A DNA stretch of 64,000 nt from Podarcis cretensis (Eukaryota): assembly GCA_951804945.1 (NCBI GenBank), contig OX638154.1, forward strand, positions 53,692,001 to 53,756,000. The letters are read 5' to 3'. Under the pieces are notes generated by a model. The model was not told the DNA's origin. It saw only the letters and a list, made by a program, of their open reading frames with translations, and ran no database searches. Of this stretch, positions 1 through 10,590 are shown piece after piece. Position 1 is the stretch's first letter; each line of letters begins with the position of its first letter. The translations under genes and the position numbers were made by a program.

Positions 1-86
1 CTTTGAATCTCATTAACTTCCCTACCAGGGATATATGAGTCAGCTTTCCATGTGCATGTTATGCTAGAAAAGGAGGCGGGGGAGAG

Positions 87-123
87 ATGTGCACTCGCCA
101 CCTGAGAGAGCTACCTGGACCAG
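87..123 (+). CDS. Putative first coding exon of the LRR membrane protein gene (MCTRHLRELPGP+G)
   Basis: ATG at 87 is open to a good donor CAG|GTATGG at 123/124 in phase 1, matching the phase-1 acceptor (pyrimidine tract, TAG|G) at 5879/5880. Joining gives MCTRHLRELPGPGQKRWTLILFGVVLLA..., a plausible signal peptide. No transcript evidence. Confidence 0.55.
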
Positions 124-3100
124 GTATGGGAAATGGGGTAAGAAGAATAAAACCCATAGCTGACCCAATATTTTTGCCGCCTGGGACAAAGGACAATATT
201 CCCTCCTCCTCAGTTGCACACACAGACGCGGACTAGACTAGCAGCTGAATCCTACTTCAGTGCTTTTGATGGGGCAACATCTCTCACTTCACCCAAGCGC
301 AGCAGGTTAGCTTAGTGGGTAGGGCGAGTGTTGTCATGCTCACATATTGCCTGTGGGCTTCCTGTGGACATCAACATGTTGACCATGTTGTGAACAGAAT
401 GCTGGACTAGATGGGGCTTTGGTTTGATCCAGCAGGGCTTTTCTTATGTGCTAATGGGGTGCAGGCCAGGTTGCATGACACACACACAGCTCTGTCCTCC
501 AGCACCTTGCTCCCACTCTGCTTGACACCTATATGCTACCTGCAGAAAGTAATGCTGTGTTGCAGCAGCTGCACCAATACATATCACATGATTGGAGTGT
601 GTGATGCCTATGGGAGTTCATGGCCTGGGCTGCAAAGTGCCTCTTTGCCTGCTCACAGTTGTGCTCTCTGTGACACATTGGGAGAAGGAGCCTAGGCAAC
701 ACAGCAAGCATTCCCACTACTGGGATCTTACTTCTACCAGCTCAAGGAGGATAGTTGCTGCTGCCACCACCCGGTATCCACTGCTCGAGGCAACTGCCTC
801 AATCGGCATAATGTTAGGGCCGGCCCAGAGGCTGTAAACAAAGGGATCACAGACTGCCTTGTGAATGCTATGGATCTAATCTAATATCCTGTGCCTAACA
901 GCAGCCTGAGTCAGATGCTTCAAAGGAAATGGTACAACAAAAGCACATTTGTAAAGCAAGCCATCCATTGTCAAGCATTTTAGTAGCTAGAAAATTTCGG
1001 GTCTGTATCCCTCCCACAAAATTGTACCTTAACAGATATTGTTTTGGCCTGACTACCATGAATTCGTCTCAATTTTTGGGGAAACTCATTAGTACTGTAC
1101 TAATTTTCATCCTATGATTCCATGACAAATACAAATCTACAGTTTAATCATGGCCCTTCTGGAAAAAAACAATTTTGCTCCTGGCCAAAATAGTGCTGGT
1201 TTCTGTTCACACCAACAGAGGTACGGCTGCTGCTCTTTGCCACTTATACATTTCTCAGGGAATTGGGCACTAATTTTAATAAGCTGCTTTACGAGTTGGG
1301 AATGGTCACTGGACCTTTAAGGACAATAGCCTGGGGAGGAAAAGCTGACATCGCTGCTCAGGAAGAGTCCAGGGAGGGACCCTATTCCGGCTCAAGGTAT
1401 TTTAATTGTTCCAGCACTGCCTAGATAAAATCAATGTCTCCTGAACGGGTTCCAAAGCACCACAGCTTCCGATTACACACAATGGCAGAAGCATAACATT
1501 GTAGAAACACAAGTAGCGGCTGGCTTGGCTATAAGATGGGAGGTTGTCAAGAGAGACAAATAAGAAGCAATTTAGCTTTTAGAAATCTAGGTCTGAGGTC
1601 TTAAAAGCTCAGGATTAAGCTGTTCCAGATCAGAACAATGTAAAATACAACTTTAAAAACACCTTAAAACAAATTACAACCGCAACTAGAGTGGGTCCTA
1701 AATTTATTTATATCTCGCAAGTGTCAAAGGCAAGGGTTAAGAGGTGTGTATCTTCAGCATAGGATGAAAACTGTACAATGAAAGTGCCAGACACACCTCT
1801 GTGGGGACTGAACTCCACAGTGTAGGGGCAGCCACTCTCTCTCATGGGTCAACCCCACGCCTGAGCTTCTGAGGGTGGAGGACCTTAACCCCAAGAGGGT
1901 CTGCAAGGAAGACTGTCTTTCAGATATTTGGGACTGAAGTCAGTTATATATATAAGTAAAATGACATCCAGTTACAGCAGATAAATGTTGTAAATACATG
2001 ATATATATATGAGCACCAGTTTGAGGTTGTGCCTCCCCGGCCCTGGAATCTACTAGCAAGAGTTTCTACATGGTACATTCTAGTCCAGGGATTTCCAAAC
2101 TGTGTGCCAAGACATGCCTTAAAAAAGTTAAGCCAGTGTTTTGGATTCATCCACCACTCTCTGCCTGTTGAAACACAGAGGCCCCAAGCAGCATTGATCC
2201 TCCCTCTTTCTGCCCATACATGGGCAGTGGCATCTTTCCAAGGGAATGAGTCTCCCTGACAGGCATAAGAGAATTCCAGAAACACCACCATTGCCCAGGA
2301 AGCCTGGCCTCATCCTGAACCCTTGAGTAAAGGGGAAGAGTGGACAGAGTTGCGGGCAATATTGATCATTAGTTGCAACGATGCCTGCCCATCTTTCTGG
2401 TAGAAGACCAACAAAATCTCTCTCTCTCTCCTTCTCTCTTTAATTAATTCATATTTTATTTGGGGGGGGGGACAAATATAAAGCAGTAAAGTGATACAAA
2501 AAGAAGAAGAAAAAAGGGAAAGGAACAAAACACAGAACTGTGTAAAGGGGGGGGAACATTATATGAATATGTACAAAAAATACCCTAACCCATACATTCT
2601 TTTATAAATTTGATGTTATCCTAATAGAAAAATTCCAAGGAAAGGTCTTCATGCTCAGCCCTGCCCAGGCTGTGGTGAGTAATAGCTGTACTACGGGCTC
2701 ACTCACTCATTCCTTGAAAAATGCCTCCCGTGTGCTGATATAATGTCTAAAGGCCACCTTAGCAAGAGTGTGATTACTTCTCTAAGCTGTGTTAACAGCA
2801 AAGATGGAGCTAATCACTGTTTGCAAGGGATTTGGAGGCAATTCTTTGTTTGCATTTGGTCTGGTTGCTTCAGAAACCCTATCAACATATGAGAGTGCCT
2901 AGGTAACCAAAGCAGGAAGGGTTGAGGGAGACACCTCAATACAAGTGGCAGGGAGTAGTTGGCTCTGCGCTGAAGATCAGTGGGGCAAATTTAGAGGGGA
3001 CACAATTACTTAGATCCTTCTTCCTGACTTCCTTACAGAAGGAGAGGTGAATGTGTGGCATTCCAGATATTGTTGAATTACAGCTGCCACCATCCCTGAC

Positions 3101-3595
3101 CATTGGCCATGCTGGCGGGGACTGAAGGGAGTCGGAGCCCAACAACATTTAGGGTGGTAGTCAATGCTAGTCTAAGGTTCAGTAGACCCAGCCTAGCACT
3201 TGTGTGTTCAATCTTTGTGTTTCATGGCTTTTTGCAACTACTGGAAAGGGACTAGGTTCAGGAGATTATAAATGCCTTCCTAGCACAGGGAATGGTTCCA
3301 GCTGCCAGGAAGGAAGAATATGTAAGACCACTCCTGAAGAAAGCCTCCTTCGATTCAGAGGATTATAATACTAAACAGTTGCAAATGTCTCTTTCTTGGG
3401 CTAGGTGTTTGAGTCAGTGATTGATGGCCAATGCAAGCACTAAATTATGTGTCTAGATAGGTTTGCTGGAACAAACGAGTTTTTAGCAAGAATTTAAAAC
3501 AGTATAGTGAAGGGGTGCCTGCCTAGTATCAGTAGTTCCAGAGGACAGGTGTTGCAATGCTAAAGGAGTGAGTTCCTGCAAATCAGAATTATATA

Positions 3596-3826
3596 CAGTG
3601 GTACCTCGGATTACAGATGCTTCAGGTTACAAACGCTTCAGGTTACAGACTCCACTAACCCAGAAATAGTACCTTGGGTTAAGAACTTTGCTTCAGGATG
3701 AGAACAGAAATCGCACGGCAGCAGCAGGAGGCCCCATTAGCTAAAGTGGTACCTCAGGTTAAGAACAGTTTCAGGTTAAGAATGGACCTCTAGAATGAAT
3801 TAAGTTCTTAACCTGAGGTACCACTG
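3596..3826. mobile_element. Tc1/mariner (Tigger-like) MITE, copy 1
   Basis: TIRs CAGTGGTACCTC...GAGGTACCACTG flanked by TA on both sides; closely similar to 5227-5444. Confidence 0.85.
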
Positions 3827-3828
3827 TA

Positions 3829-4635
3829 TGCAGAATTCATCATGCGAAAGGCTGGGCTGGATGAATCCCAAGTCAGAATTAAGATTGCTGGAAGAAATAT
3901 CAACAACCTCACATATGCAGATGACACAACCTTGATGGCAGAAAGTGAGGAGGAATTAAAGAACCTTTTAATGAGGGTGAAAGAGGAGAGCGCAAAATAT
4001 GGTCTGAAGCTCAACATCAAAAAAACGAAGATCATGGCCACTGGGCCTATCACCTCCTGGCAAATAGAAGGGGAAGAAATGGAGGCAGTGAGAGATTTTA
4101 CTTTCTTGGGCTCCATGATCAATGCAGGGAGAAAAGCAATGACAAACCTAGACAGCATCTTAAAAAGCAGAGACATCACCTTGCCAACAAAGGTCCATAT
4201 TGTTAAAGCTATGGTTTTCCAGTAGTGATGTATGGAAGTGAGAGCTGGACCATAAAGAAGGCTGATCACGGAAGAATTGATGCTTTTGAATTATGGTGCT
4301 GGAGGAGACTCTTGAGAGTCCCATGGATTGCCAGAAGATCAAACCTATCCATTCTGAAGGAAATCAGCCCTGAGTGCTCACTGGAAGTACAGATCCTGAA
4401 GCTGAGGCTCCAATACTTTGGCCACCTCATGAGAAGAGAAGACTCCCTGGAAAAGACTCTGATGTTGGGAAAGATGGAGGGCACAAGGAGAAGGGGATGA
4501 CAGAGGATGAGATGGTTGGATAGTGTTCTCGAAGCTACCAGCATGAGTTTGACCAAACTGCGGGAGGCAGTGGAAGACAGGAGTGCCTGGCGTGTTCTGG
4601 TTCATGGGGTACATGACTAAACGATTAAACAACCA
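3829..4635 (+). mobile_element. 5'-truncated RTE/BovB LINE, decayed
   Basis: ORFs 3842-4225 and 4225-4500 give the RT C-terminus (NNLTYADDTTLMAESEEEL, YGSESWTIKKAD, YFGHLMRREDSLEKTLMLGK); internal deletion, frameshift near 4222, stop at 4498-4500, AAC-rich tail. Confidence 0.92.
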
Positions 4636-5226
4636 CGTTATAAAGCTGTAAATTATGAAGTTTAAATGTACTCTTATCAGCCTCAACCAACAGGCTATAT
4701 ATATCCAGGCCCGGATTTGGACATCCTGCTGCCTGAATCTGGTCAGTAGTAGCTGCCCTTTCTCATACCAGCAACTTAGCACTTGGAGGAGAGTCATGCT
4801 GTTCACTGTGACTCCACAGTGCACCCAGTGACAAGTGTGGTGTGATTAAGGTCACCAGGCTATGGGGGGGTGAAGTACAGGTGCAGTGGTATAGCACAGT
4901 CTTCCTCAGAGCCCTTGGTTGCTGATAAGAGGAGGAGAGCTCTCAACCCTTTGGCCTCTGGGTCTTGATCCTTAGCGACATTCAAGGAAGAATATTGTTC
5001 TGTGATGCTACACCTGTATGGTAATAAGCTCCAGCGACCAGCAGGGGCACAAACTAGTGATGTCATTAGCCCACGCAGCCACCAGAAGCCTCCAGGTGTG
5101 TGTTCCCATTGATATGCTAGGAAGTAATGGAGTTGTTGCTTCATAAGTTATAATTGCAAGAATGGAATAGTCAAATATGTACCACTCTAAGCTCCTTTCG
5201 CAGTGAGCTGAAGCTGATACTCACTA

Positions 5227-5444
5227 CAGTGGTACCTTGGGTTACATACGCTTCAGGTTACAGACTCTGCTAACCCAGAAATATTGCCTCGGGTTAAGAA
5301 CTTTGCTTCAAGATGAGAACAGAAATTGTGCAGCAGCGGCAGCAGGAGGCCCCATTACCTAAAGTGATGCTTCAGGTTAAGAACAGTTTCAGGTTAAGAA
5401 CAGATCTCTGGAATGAATTAAGTTCTTAACCCGAGGTACCACTG
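5227..5444. mobile_element. Tc1/mariner (Tigger-like) MITE, copy 2
   Basis: TIRs CAGTGGTACCT...AGGTACCACTG with TA target duplication. Confidence 0.85.
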
Positions 5445-5557
5445 TATAGGTTTCACTGGACAGGGGTTAAATTTCCAAAGAGGGCATATGAACCCAAATC
5501 CAGCCCAGTTAAAACTTTAAATAATTTAATTGAATGTTTACTGTGTTTAAGCATACA

Positions 5558-5576
5558 TTGCCACTAGGGGGTGCTA
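5558..5576 (+). promoter_or_regulatory. Candidate CTCF site
   Basis: TTGCCACTAGGGGGTGCTA closely matches the CTCF core; motif match only. Confidence 0.5.
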
Positions 5577-5657
5577 ATGCATTAAATAAAATGGTATTCC
5601 TGGTTCTTTAAAATCTAATTCACATTATAATATGAATTTTAGCTCAGACACATTAAT

Positions 5658-5660
<3 letters not shown>

Positions 5661-5694
<34 letters not shown>
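5661..5694. repeat. (GT)17 microsatellite
   Basis: Read directly. Confidence 0.97.
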
Positions 5695-5696
<2 letters not shown>

Positions 5697-5879
5697 TAAA
5701 AATACCTATGCATTATTTGTGAATTTGGTGAACTACTGGAATCCAATTTAGAGGCAATGGCACTTCACAGATTATTGTCTGTTATGTCTGTCAGTGAACC
5801 AGGAACAACAACGTTGCCATCTAGTTCCCACCTGTAACCTGTGAGAAATCACTGATGCTTGTCATTTTTTTTGCTATAG

Positions 5880-7120
5880 GTCAGAAGAGGTGGACACTCA
5901 TACTCTTTGGCGTGGTCCTCTTAGCAAGAGAACTCGTGTTAGGAGCTCTGGAAGAGACGTGCAACTGCAGCGCAGAAGTTGATTTCCAGGAACTGCAGAC
6001 CAAACTGGCTCCTGAGATGTGTTGCTTGAATCTCACCAGGACTAAAATCAACTCCTTGGACTGGAGCATCTTCGCTGGAACTGCGGGTTTGAGGGAGCTC
6101 TACCTATCAAACTGTGGCATATCAGACATTATCAATGCAGAGAATGGCTCTTCTACATTGGAGATTCTACACTTAGACCATAACCAGCTAAGTTTGCTCC
6201 CAGATGGTTTCCTAAGAAATGCACCCAGCTTGCGTGTCATTCATCTGGAGAGCAACCAACTCCAGAAGCTGCCTGAGTCATTCCTGAAAGCATCTGACCA
6301 AATCCAGGAGATCCACCTTGCCTTCAATAACTTGTCTTCCCTTCCCTCGGGGATTTTCAAACCCTCCCTCCTCACGCTAGGTCTCTCCAACAACAGCTGG
6401 CACTGTACTTGCAGCTTGCTTGAAGATCTGGAAAAATGCCTGCCTGTACCATTTAACGTTGAGGTGGCTTGTAGCACCCCAGAGCGTTACCATGGCATGA
6501 ATCTCAGAGATATCCCTAAGCAGGAGGTGTGCCGGAACCATAGCCTAACGGCTCTCTTTGTTTGCCTGCCTGTGGTGGCTATTCTGGTTCTGGTCACCTG
6601 GTGCTTTTGCAAGCGGCAGAAGAAAACCAGCTACCATCCTCACGCTGGGAAGGAATGCCGGCTGGCTACAGTGGAGAGGAACGGTTCCAAAGACCCTGGG
6701 GACCATCACTGCTACATCCCGTGTGAGCTGCCTATGGCATCGGCTTCAGGGAGCGAGAAGAACATCTTGTTGAGGAACCAGGTCTTGCTAAAGCCTTCAG
6801 CTGCACTACTAGGGAGCAGCAGAGACCTCTATGAAGAGGTGGAGATCAAACTGGGAGCTTCTGATGATTCCTTGGTGAAGGCCAATGGGGAAAGCCTTGA
6901 GCAAGATAAGTCGGGATCCAAAAAAACGACCGTTGCAGAGGAGGGTTACACAGGTGGGGAGTCTGAAGCCGAGACAGTGAGTGTGACAGACGTTCTGAAG
7001 GATTCTGCAGACCGTGAAAAGCTCTATATGAACCAGTCGGTAGATTATTACAACCTGGTTCCAGGCATTGAACTGGAGGACTCAGACCACATGGAGTATG
7101 AGAATGTTGACCTTTGCTGA
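5880..7120 (+). CDS. Single-pass type I LRR membrane protein (LRRC25-like), main coding exon; ~425 aa with exon 87-123
   Basis: Open frame 5855-7120. Hydrophobic signal segment, Cys cap (CNCS...CCLNL), about six LRR units (LRELYLSNCGI, LEILHLDHNQL, LRVIHLESNQL, IQEIHLAFNNL, LLTLGLSNN), LRRCT (NSWHCTC...CSTP...C), TM helix LTALFVCLPVVAILVLVTWCFC (~6545-6610), basic stop-transfer KRQKK, acidic tail with YEEV, YMNQ, YYNL, YENV. The ORF ATG at 5855 lies in the acceptor pyrimidine tract. Confidence 0.9.
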
Positions 7121-8878
7121 GGCTGCTTGTTGATCCATAGTATGATAAGAACACAAAATAGGCTAATTCTTATCCAGTTCCCAACATTATGCAAACTTCA
7201 CAAATAATGAGAGTTCTCTTGTAAATGATTTTGTGTTCCGGGATTTGCTCTTCTTTCTTCTGAGCCTTTGGAATGACACAGGTGTTGTTATTAATATGCC
7301 TAGAAGAACATTTGTATTAGGGTCTGTTCCACTTTGGGGGGGGGGTGTGATGGAGGGACAGTATGAGCTGCAGTTTCTAGCCCTTTGATAGAATTAATTT
7401 TAATTGCGGTTTCCAGTAGAGGTGAAGATTTCTCATGATCTAGCCTCCTTCCAGGAAATAAGATGCGGAACACAAGACTTGGGGGCAGTGGGGAGCCCAT
7501 ATGAGCAGGGATGAAGGTTGCAAACTGGGACAGGATAACAGCTGTGCCCATTCTTTTTTAATCTGCCATTTTATTTAGAGAATTTTTTGGCATTTTTAGA
7601 TTTTTTTGGGTATTACATATCCCTGCCTGGCTTTGCCTGCAGCTCCCACTTAAATCCCCAAACCCTCTTCACTGACCTCCTTTTCTGCTGTGTGAGCTGG
7701 TCTCTGCACTTCAGTTTCTTTCCCTGTCAAACACCAGTCATAGATGGGCTCTGCATTCCAGGAATCTCCTCCAGTTATTTAAAGGCTTAGGTTTCCACTG
7801 CAAGGAGGAGAGTGACATCTAGTGGAAAGGTCTGCACATAGCCACCTTTCTTTCTGCCGTCCTTCTAAACATTGAAAAACTTTTCCAGCATATTTTCACT
7901 ACATCCAATTAATATTTCTCTGATCTAAGTTAAGTGCATTCGTTTCCTTCTGTTTATTCTCATGGAACTTGCTATGCATGTAGCCTGATCTGGGGTGACA
8001 GGTAGGTCCTGCCTCTTGTTTTAAAGATGGTGTTTTGACCCCTTCTGCTCTTATGATTCAGCAGCTGAGCATCATAGAAGTTTATGTGGCACAGAGGTTA
8101 ATGAAACTAGAGTGGCTGGTTAGTAGAAATCAGCATATGAAACTCACACACAGAGAGAGTTCTTGTTTCATATTTTCCCCTTAGGACTGCCATTGGCAGG
8201 AGAAGCCACAACTGGCAGAATTCCCCTTCTCAGCACTGGCCCTTCCATTTGCCAGACAGAGGCAAGTACCTCAGGTAGCAGATGCTGGGGGTGCAGATCA
8301 GTAGCAAGAAGTTGGTAGACAGCGTGGTGTGTGCTAAGCTTCCTAAGCTGGGCTTCTGCTCTCATAAGCATTACTGCCTCCGACTATAAATGCAGCACAT
8401 AACCATCATGGCTACTAGCCATCAATAGCCTTGTCCTCCATATATTTGTCTAATGCTTTCTTGAAGCCACCTAAGTTCAAGACCATCACTGCCTCCTCTT
8501 GGTAGCTAATTCCATAGCTTAACTGTGCACTCCATGAAGAAGCACTTTTATCTTCCCTCCAACATTCAGCATCATTGAATGTCCACAAGTTCTAATGTTA
8601 CGACAGAGAAAGAACATTTTTCTATCCGCTTTCTTCACATGATGTATAATTTCATAAACTTCTGCCATGTCACCTAAAACGTCTCAAATGCTGCAGCCTT
8701 TCCTGGTAGGGGTGTTGCCCCATCAGCTGCTGTAGAGGATACTGAGATGCCACCAATGTTAAGATAAAATTCAGTCGCCAGCAATCTAATCGTGTATGTG
8801 GAATTGAAAGAGAGAATGTACTGTACCTCAAGGCATAAAATGTCCTCAGCAGGTTTTGTCAGAGTCTAGGCCAGGGTC

Positions 8879-9132
8879 CTGAAGCTGAGACTCCAATACT
8901 TTGGCCACCTCATGAGAAGAGAAGACTCCCTGGAAAAGACCCTGATGTTGCGAAAGATGGAGGGCACAAGGAGAAGGGGAAGACAGAGGACAAGATGGTT
9001 GGACAGTGTTCTTGAAGCTACCAGCATGAGTTTGACCAAACTGCGGGAGGCAGTGGAAGACAGGAGTGCCTGGCATGCTCTGGTCCATGGGGTCACGAAG
9101 AGTCGGACACAACTAAATGACTAAACAACAAC
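8879..9132 (+). mobile_element. Short 3' fragment of RTE/BovB LINE with 11-bp TSD
   Basis: Translates MRREDSLEKTLMLRKMEGTRRRGRQRTRWLD; (CAA)n tail; TSD AGGCCAGGGTC at 8868-8878 and 9133-9143. Confidence 0.92.
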
Positions 9133-9136
9133 AGGC

Positions 9137-9258
9137 CAGGGTCTCCAGCTGTTGTTGGACTACAGCTCCCATCATCCCTAGCTAACCAGGACCAGTGGTC
9201 AGGGATGATGGGAATTGTAGTCCAAAAACAGCTGGAGACCCAAGTTTGGGAAACCCTG
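9137..9258. mobile_element. Palindromic hAT (Charlie-like) MITE, left end partly deleted and hit by the BovB fragment
   Basis: Inverted arms GGGTCTCCAGCTG...CAGCTGGAGACCC; right TIR TTGGGAAACCCTG; 8-bp TSD GTCTAGGC (8864-8871)/TTCTAGGC (9259-9266). Confidence 0.8.
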
Positions 9259-10394
9259 TTCTAGGCTGAGGATGAGGCACCTCAGGCCTGCAAGGTGTCT
9301 AATGCATATCTCTCTCTGGCCCCCTGGGGCTCTCCCCATGCCTTACACTACTCCTCCACAACCACCTCAAGTGCTTTTCCCTGGTTAGACTGTGTCCTTG
9401 AATTTTGATATTGTAAAGCTCTTTGTACCGTCTTGCAATGCTTCCCAGTTTTCTCAGAAGCAAGATGTTTACTGTACAAATGTATTCCATATGACAGATG
9501 AAAGCTCTGCTTCCCAAAGAGACACTGGCATCTTAACTCCCCATCGTTATAAACCACAATACACTGAATGTAAAAGACTTAACATATATTTTGTCCTGAT
9601 CTAACATTTGTAGTAAACTAGTCAATCTATGATCTTTCTGGACTGCATCCCTTTCAAAAAGAGAAGAAAAGAATACTAGCGTATGTGTGTGTGTGGGGGG
9701 GATGTAAATAACATGGAATAAATGGCTATGTTCTACTTTTGTAAGAGTTTAACAAAGATGCAAAAGTGTGTCTTTTTCTTGCTTTCGTCTTGCTGTTATA
9801 TGGACGGAGATGGCTCAAGACATTTTGCCACCTGAGGTGGACCAGCAAATGATGCCCCTGCCACCCCACCTCCTCCTCCTCCTCCTAAATACTGCCCCCC
9901 TCCCATGCTGCAGTGATAGACTTGCTGCTGGCTTCTCCTCTTCCTGCAGCCATTTTTCTGCACCCTTACTCAGAATGAGGCATTGTGGAACAACTGGGTG
10001 GGATTTGCCTATTGAGACAGACATTCAGCAGGTGCAACATTAATGACTTACTCTTTAATGCTCTTTTCATCAAAGATGTACAACTATGGAATATGCTCTG
10101 TCCTACCAGGCAATACCACCCACCCACCACAACTTAGCCACAATTGTGTCACAACTTTTGTGGTTGTAATTTGGTCAGCTCTGCTTTAATGCTTCCTCTT
10201 ACTACACTCCTTCCCCGCCCCCCGCCCCCATCGGAACTGGCTGGGGAAAATAATTCATTGTAATTTTGAAAGGCGTTACTTAAATTATCCAACAATCTTT
10301 AGACAACAGAACTCCAAAACAAGAGGGACAGGTGGGGAACAGGTGTGTTTGCTTTAATCCTGAAGAAGAACTGAAAAATTAGATTTAGATCAGC

Positions 10395-10590
10395 AACATG
10401 CTGCTTATGACAAATACTGCCTTGTACAGAGTCAGGCCATTTGTCTATCTAGCTCAGTACTGTCCCTGCTGGCTGGCAGTGGCTTTCCATGGTTTCAGAA
10501 AAGGAACAATTGCAGCCCTACCTGGAGATGCTGTGGATTGAACCTTGGGACCTTCTGCCTCAACTCTGCTACTGAACTACGACCCTTCCC
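10395..10590 (-). mobile_element. Decayed tRNA-derived squamate SINE (Squam3-like)
   Basis: Antisense tRNA-like head (GGATTGAACCTTGGGACCTTCTGC...CTACTGAACTAC) plus LINE-like tail; approximate boundaries. Confidence 0.5.

Noticed and set aside
3808-4824. Several ORFs up to 153 aa
   Set aside because: Sense and antisense frames of the decayed BovB copy.
5855-5879. ORF-track start MLVIFFAI for the LRR protein
   Set aside because: Coincides with branch region, pyrimidine tract and AG acceptor; likely intronic, though unspliced use cannot be excluded.
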